From NCBI GenBank assembly GCA_019084025.1, contig JAHRBI010000001.1, positions 520,663-584,662 of the forward strand: a stretch of 64,000 bases of DNA, written 5' to 3'. The position numbers were made by a program, and so were the translations under genes. Shown here piece by piece: positions 20,118-29,909 of this stretch; the stretch's first letter is position 1, and the number at the start of each line of letters is the position of its first letter. This DNA comes from Burkholderiaceae bacterium DAT-1. Lineage in GTDB: Bacteria; Pseudomonadota; Gammaproteobacteria; Burkholderiales; Chitinimonadaceae. The notes under the pieces are model-generated. The model saw only the letters and a list, made by a program, of their open reading frames with translations. It was not told the DNA's origin and made no database searches.

Positions 20118-21522
20118 ACCCTCGCTGCGCCGCCAGCTGCTGATCTGGCTGCTGGTGCCGCAACTGCTTCTGTGGCTGGCTGCAGCTGGCGTTTCCTATC
20201 AGGTGGCCGTCCGCCACGCCAATACCACACTCGACCAGAGTCTCGCGCAATCCAGCCGCGCCCTGTCCCGACAGGTTCAACCGCTAGGTGATGGCCTGTA
20301 CATCGACTTCCCCAAGGCGGCACGGGCGATTCTCGAAGCTGACCCCAATGATCGTATTCATTACATGGTCAGTTCGCCGCCGGGGCAGTTTCTGCTGGGT
20401 GGTGAAAAGCTGCCGCCGCCGCCGGCTGGATCGCCTGTGGTATTTGGTCAGCCGGTATTTTATGACGGCCCAATGAACGGCAAGACCGTGCGGGTTGCCA
20501 CCTTGTATGTCCCGATCGGCACGCCGGAGCATCCGCAAGTGATGATGGTGCAGGTGGCACGCAGTACCAGCGCCCGTACCGAAATGGCGCGAAACATCCT
20601 GATTGATACCGTCGCACCGCTTGCGTTACTGATGCTGGCCACCAGTGCCGTCGTGTGGGGGGGCGTGGCGCGTGGACTCTTGCCACTTGGCACCCTGAGA
20701 AAACAGGTAGAAAACCGTTCACCGCGCGATCTGGCCCCGCTGGAGCTGGATCATGCACCAGCCGAGGTCAAGGATCTGGCTAGCGCGCTGAACACGCTGC
20801 TGGCCGAAATCGACAAACAGGTGAGCGGCCAGAAGCGCTTCATCGCAGATGCCGCGCATCAGTTGCGCACACCGCTGGCGGGATTGAAATCGCAGACCGA
20901 AGTCGCCCGCTCCGAACTCGACTCGCCACACCCGGATCATCAGGTCATTCGCCAGCGAATTGACAGGCTGGAGCAATGTGCCGATCGCGGCATCCGCCTG
21001 GTTAACCAGTTGCTCGTGCTCGCCCGTGCCGAACCGGAAGCCCCGGTGATCCTCACAGAAGTCGATCTCACCGATCTACTGCGTGAACTGGGTCGCGAAA
21101 TTGCACCAGTGGCACTGAAAAAGCATCTCGATATGGCCGTAGAAGGACTGGACTCACCGGTTCATATTGAAGGCAATGCCGGATTATTGCGCGAGCTGTT
21201 TGCCAATTTGCTGAACAACGCCGTGGCCTATACCCCTGCAGGCGGCGAAATCGTGCTGACACAGCAATGCGATGCGGAACAGGTTGTGGTAACCGTCAGC
21301 GATACAGGACCGGGTATCCCGCCGGAAGAGCGCGAAGCCGTATTCGAGCGCTTCTATCGCGGAGCCTTGCAGGCCAACTCGCTCGGATGCGGCCTGGGAC
21401 TCCCCATCGCCCGCGAAATTGCCCGCCGCCATCACGCACGCATTGAACTCCGCGACAACCATCCGCACGGGCTGTTGATTTCTGTCAGCTTTCCGCGCAC
21501 CACCCGAGCAACGCGCCGCTAA
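20098..21522 (+). CDS. two-component sensor histidine kinase
   Basis: Two TM helices, a HAMP domain, an H-box (AAHQLRTPLAGL), and N/G boxes in the C-terminal HATPase domain. Confidence 0.8.
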   Translation: MLLPGRKPSLRRQLLIWLLVPQLLLWLAAAGVSYQVAVRHANTTLDQSLAQSSRALSRQVQPLGDGLYIDFPKAARAILEADPNDRIHYMVSSPPGQFLLGGEKLPPPPAGSPVVFGQPVFYDGPMNGKTVRVATLYVPIGTPEHPQVMMVQVARSTSARTEMARNILIDTVAPLALLMLATSAVVWGGVARGLLPLGTLRKQVENRSPRDLAPLELDHAPAEVKDLASALNTLLAEIDKQVSGQKRFIADAAHQLRTPLAGLKSQTEVARSELDSPHPDHQVIRQRIDRLEQCADRGIRLVNQLLVLARAEPEAPVILTEVDLTDLLRELGREIAPVALKKHLDMAVEGLDSPVHIEGNAGLLRELFANLLNNAVAYTPAGGEIVLTQQCDAEQVVVTVSDTGPGIPPEEREAVFERFYRGALQANSLGCGLGLPIAREIARRHHARIELRDNHPHGLLISVSFPRTTRATRR

Positions 21523-21542
21523 CACGTGCAAATGGTCGAGAC
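21523..21542 (+). terminator. hairpin after the kinase gene
   Basis: AATGGTCG-AGAC-CGACCATT. The downstream T-tract is weak. Confidence 0.3.
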
Positions 21543-21859
21543 CGACCATTGCAGCGCATCATTTCTTACCTCAAACTTACAATTCCTATCAGGAAATTCT
21601 GCCATCCATGTACGTATAGTACACGGATGCAGACTGTGACCAAGCATACCTGTCTAGCTATACCGCTCATGCTGCCCTGCAACAAACCTCATTAAACACA
21701 CGTGCATTTAGTCAAATATTTCAGTCACATCAATGCACTTCCCGTGTGATTTACGCCACAGAATTGTACGCGATCCAATTCCATCCCGCTAAAACCACTT
21801 GCTTTCATCATCTGACATCCATAGGATTCGCGAAAGTTTCACGTAAGGTTTTGCGTGAT

Positions 21860-22017
21860 TACGAAAGAAACTTGTCAGATTAAGTCTGTAAGTCGAGTGT
21901 CCACACGATCACGAACTCCGTCGGGTACGTGCGGCACTCACCCCTCGCGGGGCAGGTGGCACTCACCTGCCGGCCACCCAGCCGGCATCAATCTACACGG
22001 AGAGGAGCAATATCAAG
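21860..22017 (+). promoter_or_regulatory. long structured 5' leader of the porin gene
   Basis: Three consecutive hairpins (CCCC-TCGC-GGGG; CAGGTG-GCACT-CACCTG; GCCGG-CCACCCAG-CCGGC) and a direct repeat GGCACTCACC x2. GAGAGGAG ahead of the ATG at 22018 is the ribosome binding site. Confidence 0.35.
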
Positions 22018-23415
22018 ATGGCAACACCCAGCATGTTCGCGCATGGCGCTTTGCGTCGCAGTATCGCTCAGGCGGTGATGACAGCCTGTCTCGGCATGGC
22101 GGCTCTGTCCGCGTTTGCATCCGATGATGAAGGTGAATTCACAGGCTACCTGCGTGCAGGTGCCGGTACATCCTCGCATGGCGGCACCCAGAATTGTTAC
22201 TACCTCGGCAATGGCAATGGACACGGCTATCGCCTGGGGAATGAATGCGACAGCTACACGGAATTCGGGTACTCCCGCACCATGGCCAAGGCAGATGATG
22301 GCGTGAAGCTGGTAGGCTACATCATGGTCAATGATTACTCCGGCGATTCCGCCTACTCCGGCAAACTCGGCATCTCGCAGATTTTCGTGCAGGCCAAGGG
22401 TCTGGACTGGCTCAATGGCGGTACTGCCTGGGTGGGTGAACGCTACTACGAGCGTCCGGATATCCACTGGATGGATCTGCAATACATCAACCTGAACGGC
22501 ACCGGCGGCGGCTTCGACAATATCGGCACCGATCTAGGCGGCAAATTCAGCTACGCCATCTTCAAGGACAATGACACCAACAACATTGCTGGCACCTCGC
22601 TGAACAACTATTCCTTCAAGTCGTCGAACTCGGCTATCCGCAACAACTTCCTGTACCGTGGTCTGCCGGTGAATGCTGGTGGCACACTGGACTTGGCGGT
22701 GAGCCTGATTACTCCGAGCAGCCCGGATAATGGCGGTGCATCGCGCCATAGTGGCTACAGCCTGCACCTGTTCCATAATCAGGACGTAATGGGCGGCGGC
22801 AACACTTTCGGCGTCCAGTATGGCGTGGGCGCAGGTACGGGTCGCGGTGATCCGGGTACTTACACTGTGGCTACCCCGTGGACCGCCTTCGGTAGCAATG
22901 GCCCCTGCTGCAACCGTATGGGCGTATCCGGCTCGACCCTGCTCGGCTCGGACGATACCCGACTGCGCATCTTCGATGCCCTGTGGATTCAGCCGACCAA
23001 GGATTTCGGGGCAGGCTTCAACTACATCCATCAGGAAGACAAATCCCCCGTCTACGGTATCAATGGAGCCTCATCGGGCACCTCTAAATGGGATTCCTTC
23101 GGCATTCGTCCATCCTATGCCATCAATGAACATTTCAAGCTGCAAGGCCAGATCGGCATTGATCGCCTCAGCTATCCCGGTACGGATACCGAAAACCTGA
23201 CGACCTTCACGATTGCGCCTACGATCTCGCTAGGCAAGGGTTTCTTTGATCGTCCGGAACTGCGCTTTTTTGTCACCCATGCCAAGTGGAACAACGCTGC
23301 AACGGCTAATATCAATGCCAACAACGCAAACAGCGTGGGTGCCCTCGGTATGGCGACATCGGGCACCTCCTTCGGCGTACAGGTGGAAGCCTGGTGGGGC
23401 AAGAACTGGTTCTAA
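22018..23415 (+). CDS. carbohydrate-selective outer-membrane porin (LamB/OprB-type)
   Basis: 465 aa with a signal peptide. It is an aromatic/Gly-rich beta-barrel with a C-terminal ...VEAWWGKNWF. It sits beside a sugar ABC transporter. Confidence 0.7.
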   Translation: MATPSMFAHGALRRSIAQAVMTACLGMAALSAFASDDEGEFTGYLRAGAGTSSHGGTQNCYYLGNGNGHGYRLGNECDSYTEFGYSRTMAKADDGVKLVGYIMVNDYSGDSAYSGKLGISQIFVQAKGLDWLNGGTAWVGERYYERPDIHWMDLQYINLNGTGGGFDNIGTDLGGKFSYAIFKDNDTNNIAGTSLNNYSFKSSNSAIRNNFLYRGLPVNAGGTLDLAVSLITPSSPDNGGASRHSGYSLHLFHNQDVMGGGNTFGVQYGVGAGTGRGDPGTYTVATPWTAFGSNGPCCNRMGVSGSTLLGSDDTRLRIFDALWIQPTKDFGAGFNYIHQEDKSPVYGINGASSGTSKWDSFGIRPSYAINEHFKLQGQIGIDRLSYPGTDTENLTTFTIAPTISLGKGFFDRPELRFFVTHAKWNNAATANINANNANSVGALGMATSGTSFGVQVEAWWGKNWF

Positions 23416-23558
23416 AGTCTGGCCAGTTACTCAAACCGCTATCGAACTGATATGACGCTGGCGCGACCCTGCACAGGCAGGCGCGCCCTACTACAGAGTG
23501 TGCGGAAATGCCCGGACTCCCCGGATCAGGCGTCGGGCGTTTCCCCCAATCAGGATGC

Positions 23559-24812
23559 ATGAACATGAAGACTCGTTTTTCCTTGCTGCCAGTCGCACTG
23601 GCAACCGCCGCGGCACTTTCCGTCTCCGCCCTGGCCGGTGAAGTTGAAGTCCTGCACTGGTGGACATCCGGTGGCGAAGCCCAGTCTGCCGCCGAACTGA
23701 AAAGCCTGATTCAGGGCAAGGGTCATACCTGGAAAGATTTCGCGGTGGCAGGTGGCGGCGGCGACAATGCCATGACCGTCCTCAAGACCCGTGTGGTATC
23801 CGGCAACCCACCGACTGCAGCCCAGGTGAAGGGTCCGGCGATTCAGGAATGGGGGGATGAAGGCGTACTGGCGAATCTGGATGCCGTCGCTAATGCCGAA
23901 AAATGGGACAGCCTGCTCCCGCCCGTGATCGCCAATATCATGAAATACCGGGGTCACTATGTCGCCGTGCCGGTGAACGTCCATCGCGTCAACTGGATGT
24001 GGATTAACCCGGCCGTATTCGCCAAGGCGGGCGTCAAGCCGCCGAAGACATGGGATGAATTCCCGGCCATCGCCGAAAAAATCCAGAAGGCAGGCTTTAT
24101 TCCCGTTGCACACGGCGGCCAGCCCTGGCAAGACGATACCCTGTTCGAATCCATCGCCCTCGGTATCGGTGGCGCGGACTACTACAAGAAGGCCTTTATC
24201 AAGCTGGACCCTGCCACACTGGGTAGCGCCACCACGCTGAAGGCATTCGAGACCCTGCGCACCGTCCGCAAGTATATGGACAAGGACATGCCGAACCGCG
24301 ACTGGAATCTGGCTACCGGCATGGTGATCAATGGTAAGGCCGCCATGCAGTTCATGGGCGACTGGGCCAAGGGTGAATTCACCGCTGCACGCAAGGTGGC
24401 TGGCAAGGATTATCAGTGTCTGGCTGCACCGGGCACCGACAATGCCTTCACCTTCAATGTCGATTCTTTCATTGTCTTCTCCCAGAAGGACAAGGGTTCC
24501 AAGGCGGTGAACGACTTTGCACAAACCGTGATGGCGCCGCAATTCCAGGAATCGTTCAATCTGCGCAAGGGCTCGATCCCGGTGCGCATGCACCTGAACA
24601 TGGACAAGTTTGACGACTGCGCCAAGCGTTCCGAAGCCGACTTCGTCGCCACCAGCAAGTCGGGCGGCCTCGTACCCTCCTTCGCGCATGAAATGGCCAT
24701 GTCTTCTGCCGTGAAGGGTGCGGTGCAGGATCTGGTCTCCCAGTTCATGAACTCCAATATGACGCCGAAGGATGCTGTCGCCAAGCTGCTGATTGCAGCC
24801 AAGGCCAAGTAA
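23559..24812 (+). CDS. sugar ABC transporter periplasmic substrate-binding protein
   Basis: Signal peptide (MNMKTRFSLLPVALATAAALSVSALA) and an SBP family-1 fold. First gene of an ABC operon. The ORF listed from 23508 over-extends. Confidence 0.8.
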   Translation: MNMKTRFSLLPVALATAAALSVSALAGEVEVLHWWTSGGEAQSAAELKSLIQGKGHTWKDFAVAGGGGDNAMTVLKTRVVSGNPPTAAQVKGPAIQEWGDEGVLANLDAVANAEKWDSLLPPVIANIMKYRGHYVAVPVNVHRVNWMWINPAVFAKAGVKPPKTWDEFPAIAEKIQKAGFIPVAHGGQPWQDDTLFESIALGIGGADYYKKAFIKLDPATLGSATTLKAFETLRTVRKYMDKDMPNRDWNLATGMVINGKAAMQFMGDWAKGEFTAARKVAGKDYQCLAAPGTDNAFTFNVDSFIVFSQKDKGSKAVNDFAQTVMAPQFQESFNLRKGSIPVRMHLNMDKFDDCAKRSEADFVATSKSGGLVPSFAHEMAMSSAVKGAVQDLVSQFMNSNMTPKDAVAKLLIAAKAK

Positions 24813-24892
24813 TTCCACATCGGTAACAGGCAGCTGGGCCGGACGCTTGTCCGGTCCCGCTGTGCACCTTCCTGCATCGCAAAGGATTATTC

Positions 24893-25804
24893 ATGTCTGC
24901 ACCGCGCCAGAGCGCGGCTGCACGCTCGCTGGGACGTTTTTCCGATCTGGTTCTGCCCAAGCTGGTCATCGCACCGACTGTGCTTGCCTGCCTGATTGGT
25001 TTTTATGGTTTCATCGGGTGGACAGCCTGGCTTTCATTCACCAATTCGCGCCTGCTGCCCCGCTATGAGTGGGCTGGCCTGATCCAGTACGAACGTCTGT
25101 TTGCCGACGAACGCTGGTGGCACTCCATGCAGAATCTGGCCGTATTTGGCGGCTTGTTCGTGGGGATCAGTCTGGTGCTCGGCTTGCTGATGGCCGTGCT
25201 GCTCGACCAGAAAATCCGTGGCGAAGGCTATCTGCGCACTATCTATCTCTACCCGATGGCGCTGAGCTTTATCGTCACCGGTACAGCCTGGAAATGGATC
25301 CTGAATCCGGGACTGGGTCTGGAAAAAGTGATGCATGATCTGGGCTGGACCCGCTTCAACTTCGACTGGATTGTGAATCCGGACTACGCGATTTATACCG
25401 TGGTTCTGGCTGGTGTCTGGCAATCATCCGGCTTTGTGATGGCGCTCTTCCTCGCGGGTCTGCGCGGGGTGGATGAATCCATCATCAAGGCGGCACAGAT
25501 TGATGGTGCATCGCTGCCACGCATCTACCTGCGCATCATTATTCCCAGCCTGCGCCCTGTGTTTCTGTCGGCTTTCATGATCCTGACGCATATCGCGGTC
25601 AAGAGCTTCGATCTGGTCATGGCCCTCACAGGCGGCGGCCCCGGTTTTGCCACCGACCTGCCCTCTATCTACATGTACCAGCACGGTTTCACACGTGGCC
25701 AGCTCGGACTGGGCGCAGCGAGCGCCATGATGATGCTGTTCACGGCCTGCGCCATTGTCATGCCCCTGCTGTATTCCGAATTAAGGAGCGACAAGCGTGC
25801 CTAA
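24893..25804 (+). CDS. sugar ABC transporter permease (MalF/UgpA-like)
   Basis: 6-TM permease carrying an EAA loop motif. Confidence 0.85.
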   Translation: MSAPRQSAAARSLGRFSDLVLPKLVIAPTVLACLIGFYGFIGWTAWLSFTNSRLLPRYEWAGLIQYERLFADERWWHSMQNLAVFGGLFVGISLVLGLLMAVLLDQKIRGEGYLRTIYLYPMALSFIVTGTAWKWILNPGLGLEKVMHDLGWTRFNFDWIVNPDYAIYTVVLAGVWQSSGFVMALFLAGLRGVDESIIKAAQIDGASLPRIYLRIIIPSLRPVFLSAFMILTHIAVKSFDLVMALTGGGPGFATDLPSIYMYQHGFTRGQLGLGAASAMMMLFTACAIVMPLLYSELRSDKRA

Positions 25805-26678
25805 TTCATCCTCCCCAAACACTTCACTCAGTTTTGCTCGTGGCCTGATCTACACCGTACTCCTGATCATGGCGGTGTGGTATCTCGCACCGCTGTACGT
25901 GATGCTGACCACCAGCTTTAAATCGCTGGACGAAATTCACACTGGTAATCTGCTGGCTCTACCGCATGTGTTCAGTCTGGAAGCCTGGCAAACTGCCTGG
26001 CAGGGCGACTGTGCGGGTGGCGACTGCAGCAGCGCCGGCATGCAGGGCTATTTCCTCAACAGCCTGAAGATGATGATCCCGGCCGTACTGATCTCGACTT
26101 TGCTGGGTGCATTCAATGGCTACGTGCTGTCGATGTGGCGCTTCAAAGGCTCGGATACCTTTTTCATGGCGCTGCTGATCGGTACTTTCCTGCCGTTTCA
26201 GGTGGTGATTCTGCCGATGTCGCAAGTGCTGGCCATGCTGGGGCTGGAAAATAGCACTGGTCGACTGGTACTGGTACACGTGATCTACGGCTTACAGTTC
26301 ACCACGCTGTTTTTCCGCAATTACTACATCACCATGCCAAGTGAGCTGGTCAGTGCGGCGCGCATCGATGGTGCCGGATTCATGCGGATTTTCTTCCGGA
26401 TTCTGCTGCCATTATCGGTGCCCACCATCATGGTCTGCCTGATCTGGCAGGTGACCCAGATCTGGAACGATTTCCTGTTCGGGGTGGTGTTTTCCTCGGG
26501 TGAACAGCAGCCCATCACGGTCGGCCTCAATAATCTGGTCAATACCTCGACAGGGGTCAAACACTACAACGTGGACATGGCCGCCGCGATCATCGCCGCC
26601 ATTCCGACCCTGTTCGTCTATGCCATCGGCAGCAAATATTTCGTACGCGGGCTCACGGCCGGCGCAGTAAAGGGATAA
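25797..26678 (+). CDS. sugar ABC transporter permease (MalG/UgpE-like)
   Basis: Overlaps the upstream permease by 8 nt. Has the AARIDGAG... EAA motif. Confidence 0.85.
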   Translation: MPNSSSPNTSLSFARGLIYTVLLIMAVWYLAPLYVMLTTSFKSLDEIHTGNLLALPHVFSLEAWQTAWQGDCAGGDCSSAGMQGYFLNSLKMMIPAVLISTLLGAFNGYVLSMWRFKGSDTFFMALLIGTFLPFQVVILPMSQVLAMLGLENSTGRLVLVHVIYGLQFTTLFFRNYYITMPSELVSAARIDGAGFMRIFFRILLPLSVPTIMVCLIWQVTQIWNDFLFGVVFSSGEQQPITVGLNNLVNTSTGVKHYNVDMAAAIIAAIPTLFVYAIGSKYFVRGLTAGAVKG

Positions 26679-26684
26679 CGCATC

Positions 26685-27797
26685 ATGGGCGCATTAAGCA
26701 TCCGCAATGTCAAAAAGAGCTATGGCGACACCCATATCCTCAAGGGCATCAATATCGAGATCGAAAAGGGCCAGTTCCTGATTCTGGTGGGTCCGTCCGG
26801 CTGCGGTAAATCCACGCTGCTGAATATGATTGCTGGTCTCGATGACATCACTTCCGGCGAGATCGCCATCGGCGACAAGGTCGTCAATCACCTGTCGCCC
26901 AAGGATCGCGATATTGCCATGGTGTTCCAGAGCTACGCGCTCTATCCGAACATGACCGTGCGCAAGAACATCGCCTTTGGTCTGGAAATCCGCAAGGTGC
27001 CGAAGCACGAGCAGGACGAGATCATCAGCCGCGTGGCCAAAACGCTGCAGATCGAACACCTACTGGATCGCAAGCCGCAGCAGCTCTCCGGCGGCCAGCG
27101 CCAGCGCGTGGCCATGGGGCGCGCACTTGCCCGCAATCCCACGCTGTTCCTGTTTGATGAGCCGCTGTCGAATCTCGATGCCAAACTGCGCGTAGAAATG
27201 CGCTCCGAGATCAAACTGCTGCACCAGCGCCTCGGCACCACCATCGTCTATGTCACCCACGACCAGATCGAAGCGATGACGCTGGGCGACCGGATTGCGG
27301 TGATGAAGGATGGCGAGGTGAAGCAGTTCGGCTCGCCACAGGAAATCTACGACGAGCCGGCCAATCTCTATGTAGCCGGATTTATTGGCTCGCCCGCCAT
27401 GAATTTTATTCCCTGCGAGCTGGGTGAAGCCAATGGTCAGGCGACTGTCACCTTGCAGAGCGCCAGCGCCAGCCATGTCATTCAGGTCGGCCCGATGACA
27501 GATGCGCGCCGTGCTTTCCTCGGCAAACGCGTGATTCTGGGCATCCGTCCGGAACAGCTCACCGACCTTGGCAGCGCCCGCCACGATCATCCGGATCTGC
27601 AGCAACTGGACATCCGCGTGGAGATTCAGGAGCCCACCGGCCCGGATACCCTGGTCACCACCGAAGTAAACGGCGTGCGCATCGTGGCCCGCTGCCATCC
27701 CAAAGCAGCAGCACAACCCGGCGAATCCATGCGCATCGCCCTTGATGCAGGCAAGGCGCTGCTCTTTGATCCTGAAAGCGAAAACCGTCTGCCCTGA
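26685..27797 (+). CDS. sugar ABC transporter ATP-binding protein (MalK/UgpC family)
   Basis: Walker A GPSGCGKST, signature LSGGQRQRV, Walker B LFLFDEP, and a C-terminal TOBE-like domain. Confidence 0.9.
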   Translation: MGALSIRNVKKSYGDTHILKGINIEIEKGQFLILVGPSGCGKSTLLNMIAGLDDITSGEIAIGDKVVNHLSPKDRDIAMVFQSYALYPNMTVRKNIAFGLEIRKVPKHEQDEIISRVAKTLQIEHLLDRKPQQLSGGQRQRVAMGRALARNPTLFLFDEPLSNLDAKLRVEMRSEIKLLHQRLGTTIVYVTHDQIEAMTLGDRIAVMKDGEVKQFGSPQEIYDEPANLYVAGFIGSPAMNFIPCELGEANGQATVTLQSASASHVIQVGPMTDARRAFLGKRVILGIRPEQLTDLGSARHDHPDLQQLDIRVEIQEPTGPDTLVTTEVNGVRIVARCHPKAAAQPGESMRIALDAGKALLFDPESENRLP

Positions 27798-27845
27798 TTC
27801 ATGGCATCAGGGTGGCAACCCTTCCAGTCCGTAGGGGTATTGACA

Positions 27846-27873
27846 GGGCGAACCTTTAGTTCGCCCTTTTTTT
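27846..27873 (+). terminator. rho-independent terminator of the ABC operon
   Basis: GGGCGAAC-CTTTA-GTTCGCCC followed by TTTTTTT. Confidence 0.7.
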
Positions 27874-27960
27874 ATTGTCCTTGAATCCAGATGACGATGG
27901 ATATCCGTCCAAGCGAATAACCAGACACTTTCGTCAGGCGCTTCAGGAGGAAAAGACGTC

Positions 27961-29481
27961 ATGCAAAACCACGCTCACGGCCGCCATCATTCCCTCATTC
28001 ATGCCAGCTTAGCCAGTCTGCTTCTGCTAATCGGCACCGGACTGGCCGCAGCAGCCCCCCAATCTGCGCTCGCCGCCGATCAAGCCGCAATTGACGCCAG
28101 CGCTCTGGGCAAATCCATCGTCGATCACATCAACCGTGATACACCCGATGCCATGCGGCTCTGGGCACCCAAGCTCTTTTCGGATGCCATGGATGCAGGA
28201 GATCGGGCCGATGCAATCAAGCGCCTTGTCGCATCCGTGCGCGAAAGTGGCGGGCTGGATATTCTGGAGTCGGGCAGCGCCCCGGGACAACCCGGCGTGG
28301 CAATGCTAGAGGTCAAAAGTCGTCGCACTGGCAAGCAGGCGATGATGATTCTGACGGCAGACGAGAAGCGGGCTGGCACCTTGATAGGCGCAGATCTGGT
28401 GCCAATGGAGGATCCTGCACGCTACGCAAACTGGCCAGCCGCCCTCTCATCGCTGCACCAGCTACCTGACCTCATCGATCCGGTGCTTGCCTCACTGGTA
28501 AAAGACAAAGAATTTTCCGGATGTATCACGGTATCAAACGGCAAAGAAGCAGTTTACAACGCATGCCGGGGCCTCGCTGATCGCAATCAAGGTACCCCAG
28601 TCGGGCAGCAGACGCGCTTCCACATTGGCTCCATGAACAAAATGTTTACGGCTGTCGCCATTGCCCAGCTCGTCGAGGCGGGAAAACTGTCGTGGCATGC
28701 CTCGGTGGCAGATGTTCTCCCCGACTATCCCGATCAAGCTACCGCCCGCAAAATGACGGTGTGGCAGCTGTTGCATCATACGGCAGGGTTGGGCGATTAC
28801 TTTGTGCCGGAATTTTTTGCCCATCGCGAACAATTCGTGAATCCTGCTGACTATCTGCCCCTCATCGCCAAACAGACGCGCGTAGGCGAACCTGGCGAGC
28901 AATGGATCTACAGCAATGCCGGCTACATTCTGCTTGGCCGCATCATCGAGCGTCTGACTGACCAGTCTTACTTCGATTACATACAGGCCCATATATTCGC
29001 CCCTGCCGGCATGAGCGCCAGCGGCTACGACAGCCAGGAAGATATCACCCCTGATCTGGCTGTCGGCTATTTCCATGAGACACCGTTCTCGACAAGCTGG
29101 AAGGCCAACTGGATGACCCTGCCGTTCAAAGGCAGTCCGGCGGGCGGCGGATACTCGAATAATGCGGATTTGTTGCGATTTGCTGCTGCACTCAAGCATG
29201 GCAAGCTGATTCAGTCGCACACGCTGACCCAGATGTTTGATAATCAGGTCCCGGCGGGCCCCGGTGGATATGCGGCAGGATTTGGCGACCGCGAACATGC
29301 GGGGCGCCACATCCGGGGACATGCAGGCGGTGCCCCCGGCATGACTGCGAATCTGGCAATGGTCTGGGGGACCGGCCTTTCCGTCGCCATCACCAGCAAT
29401 CAAGGTGATGACCAGGAAACGATGATACTGGCCGAACGCATTGCTGACGTACTGGCAGCCTCTCCGCTGTCTGCTCGATAA
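27961..29481 (+). CDS. serine hydrolase, beta-lactamase/PBP family (exported)
   Basis: 506 aa with a signal peptide. An SxxK motif (SMNKMF) lies in a class-C-like domain, preceded by an N-terminal extension of about 170 aa. Confidence 0.7.
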   Translation: MQNHAHGRHHSLIHASLASLLLLIGTGLAAAAPQSALAADQAAIDASALGKSIVDHINRDTPDAMRLWAPKLFSDAMDAGDRADAIKRLVASVRESGGLDILESGSAPGQPGVAMLEVKSRRTGKQAMMILTADEKRAGTLIGADLVPMEDPARYANWPAALSSLHQLPDLIDPVLASLVKDKEFSGCITVSNGKEAVYNACRGLADRNQGTPVGQQTRFHIGSMNKMFTAVAIAQLVEAGKLSWHASVADVLPDYPDQATARKMTVWQLLHHTAGLGDYFVPEFFAHREQFVNPADYLPLIAKQTRVGEPGEQWIYSNAGYILLGRIIERLTDQSYFDYIQAHIFAPAGMSASGYDSQEDITPDLAVGYFHETPFSTSWKANWMTLPFKGSPAGGGYSNNADLLRFAAALKHGKLIQSHTLTQMFDNQVPAGPGGYAAGFGDREHAGRHIRGHAGGAPGMTANLAMVWGTGLSVAITSNQGDDQETMILAERIADVLAASPLSAR

Positions 29482-29522
29482 ATCTGCATCACAAGCTCAC
29501 GAATCGAATTGGAACCCACATC

Positions 29523-29909
29523 ATGAATAGCGAATTTTCGCCCGAATTCATTTTGATCCCTGCAGTGGTCATGCTCGCCCCCGTGCTGATCTTGCTGATC
29601 GTCATGCATTTCCGCACCAGGCGCGCCCAAGCCCGTTATCAACTCTTGCTGCAACTTGCCGACAAAGGGGTGGAACTTCCGCTGCAGCTCATCACAGAAC
29701 CCGAAGTCGCATTCTGCGAACGCCGCCGCGGTATCGTGCTGATCAGTAGTGGTCTGGGCATGATGGCGATGCTACTGAGCCTGCCCGTCCACACGGGAGA
29801 AGGCGACACACTGCGTTCATTCTGGGGAATCGGACTGCTGCCACTGATGACGGGTGCAGGCTATCTCGTCAGCTGGTGGCTCAATCAGCGCGAGCGTAGC
29901 CGTGACTGA
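29523..29909 (+). CDS. small integral membrane protein, cotranscribed with the ECF sigma gene
   Basis: 128 aa with three predicted TM helices. Its stop overlaps the sigma-factor GTG start. Confidence 0.5.
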   Translation: MNSEFSPEFILIPAVVMLAPVLILLIVMHFRTRRAQARYQLLLQLADKGVELPLQLITEPEVAFCERRRGIVLISSGLGMMAMLLSLPVHTGEGDTLRSFWGIGLLPLMTGAGYLVSWWLNQRERSRD

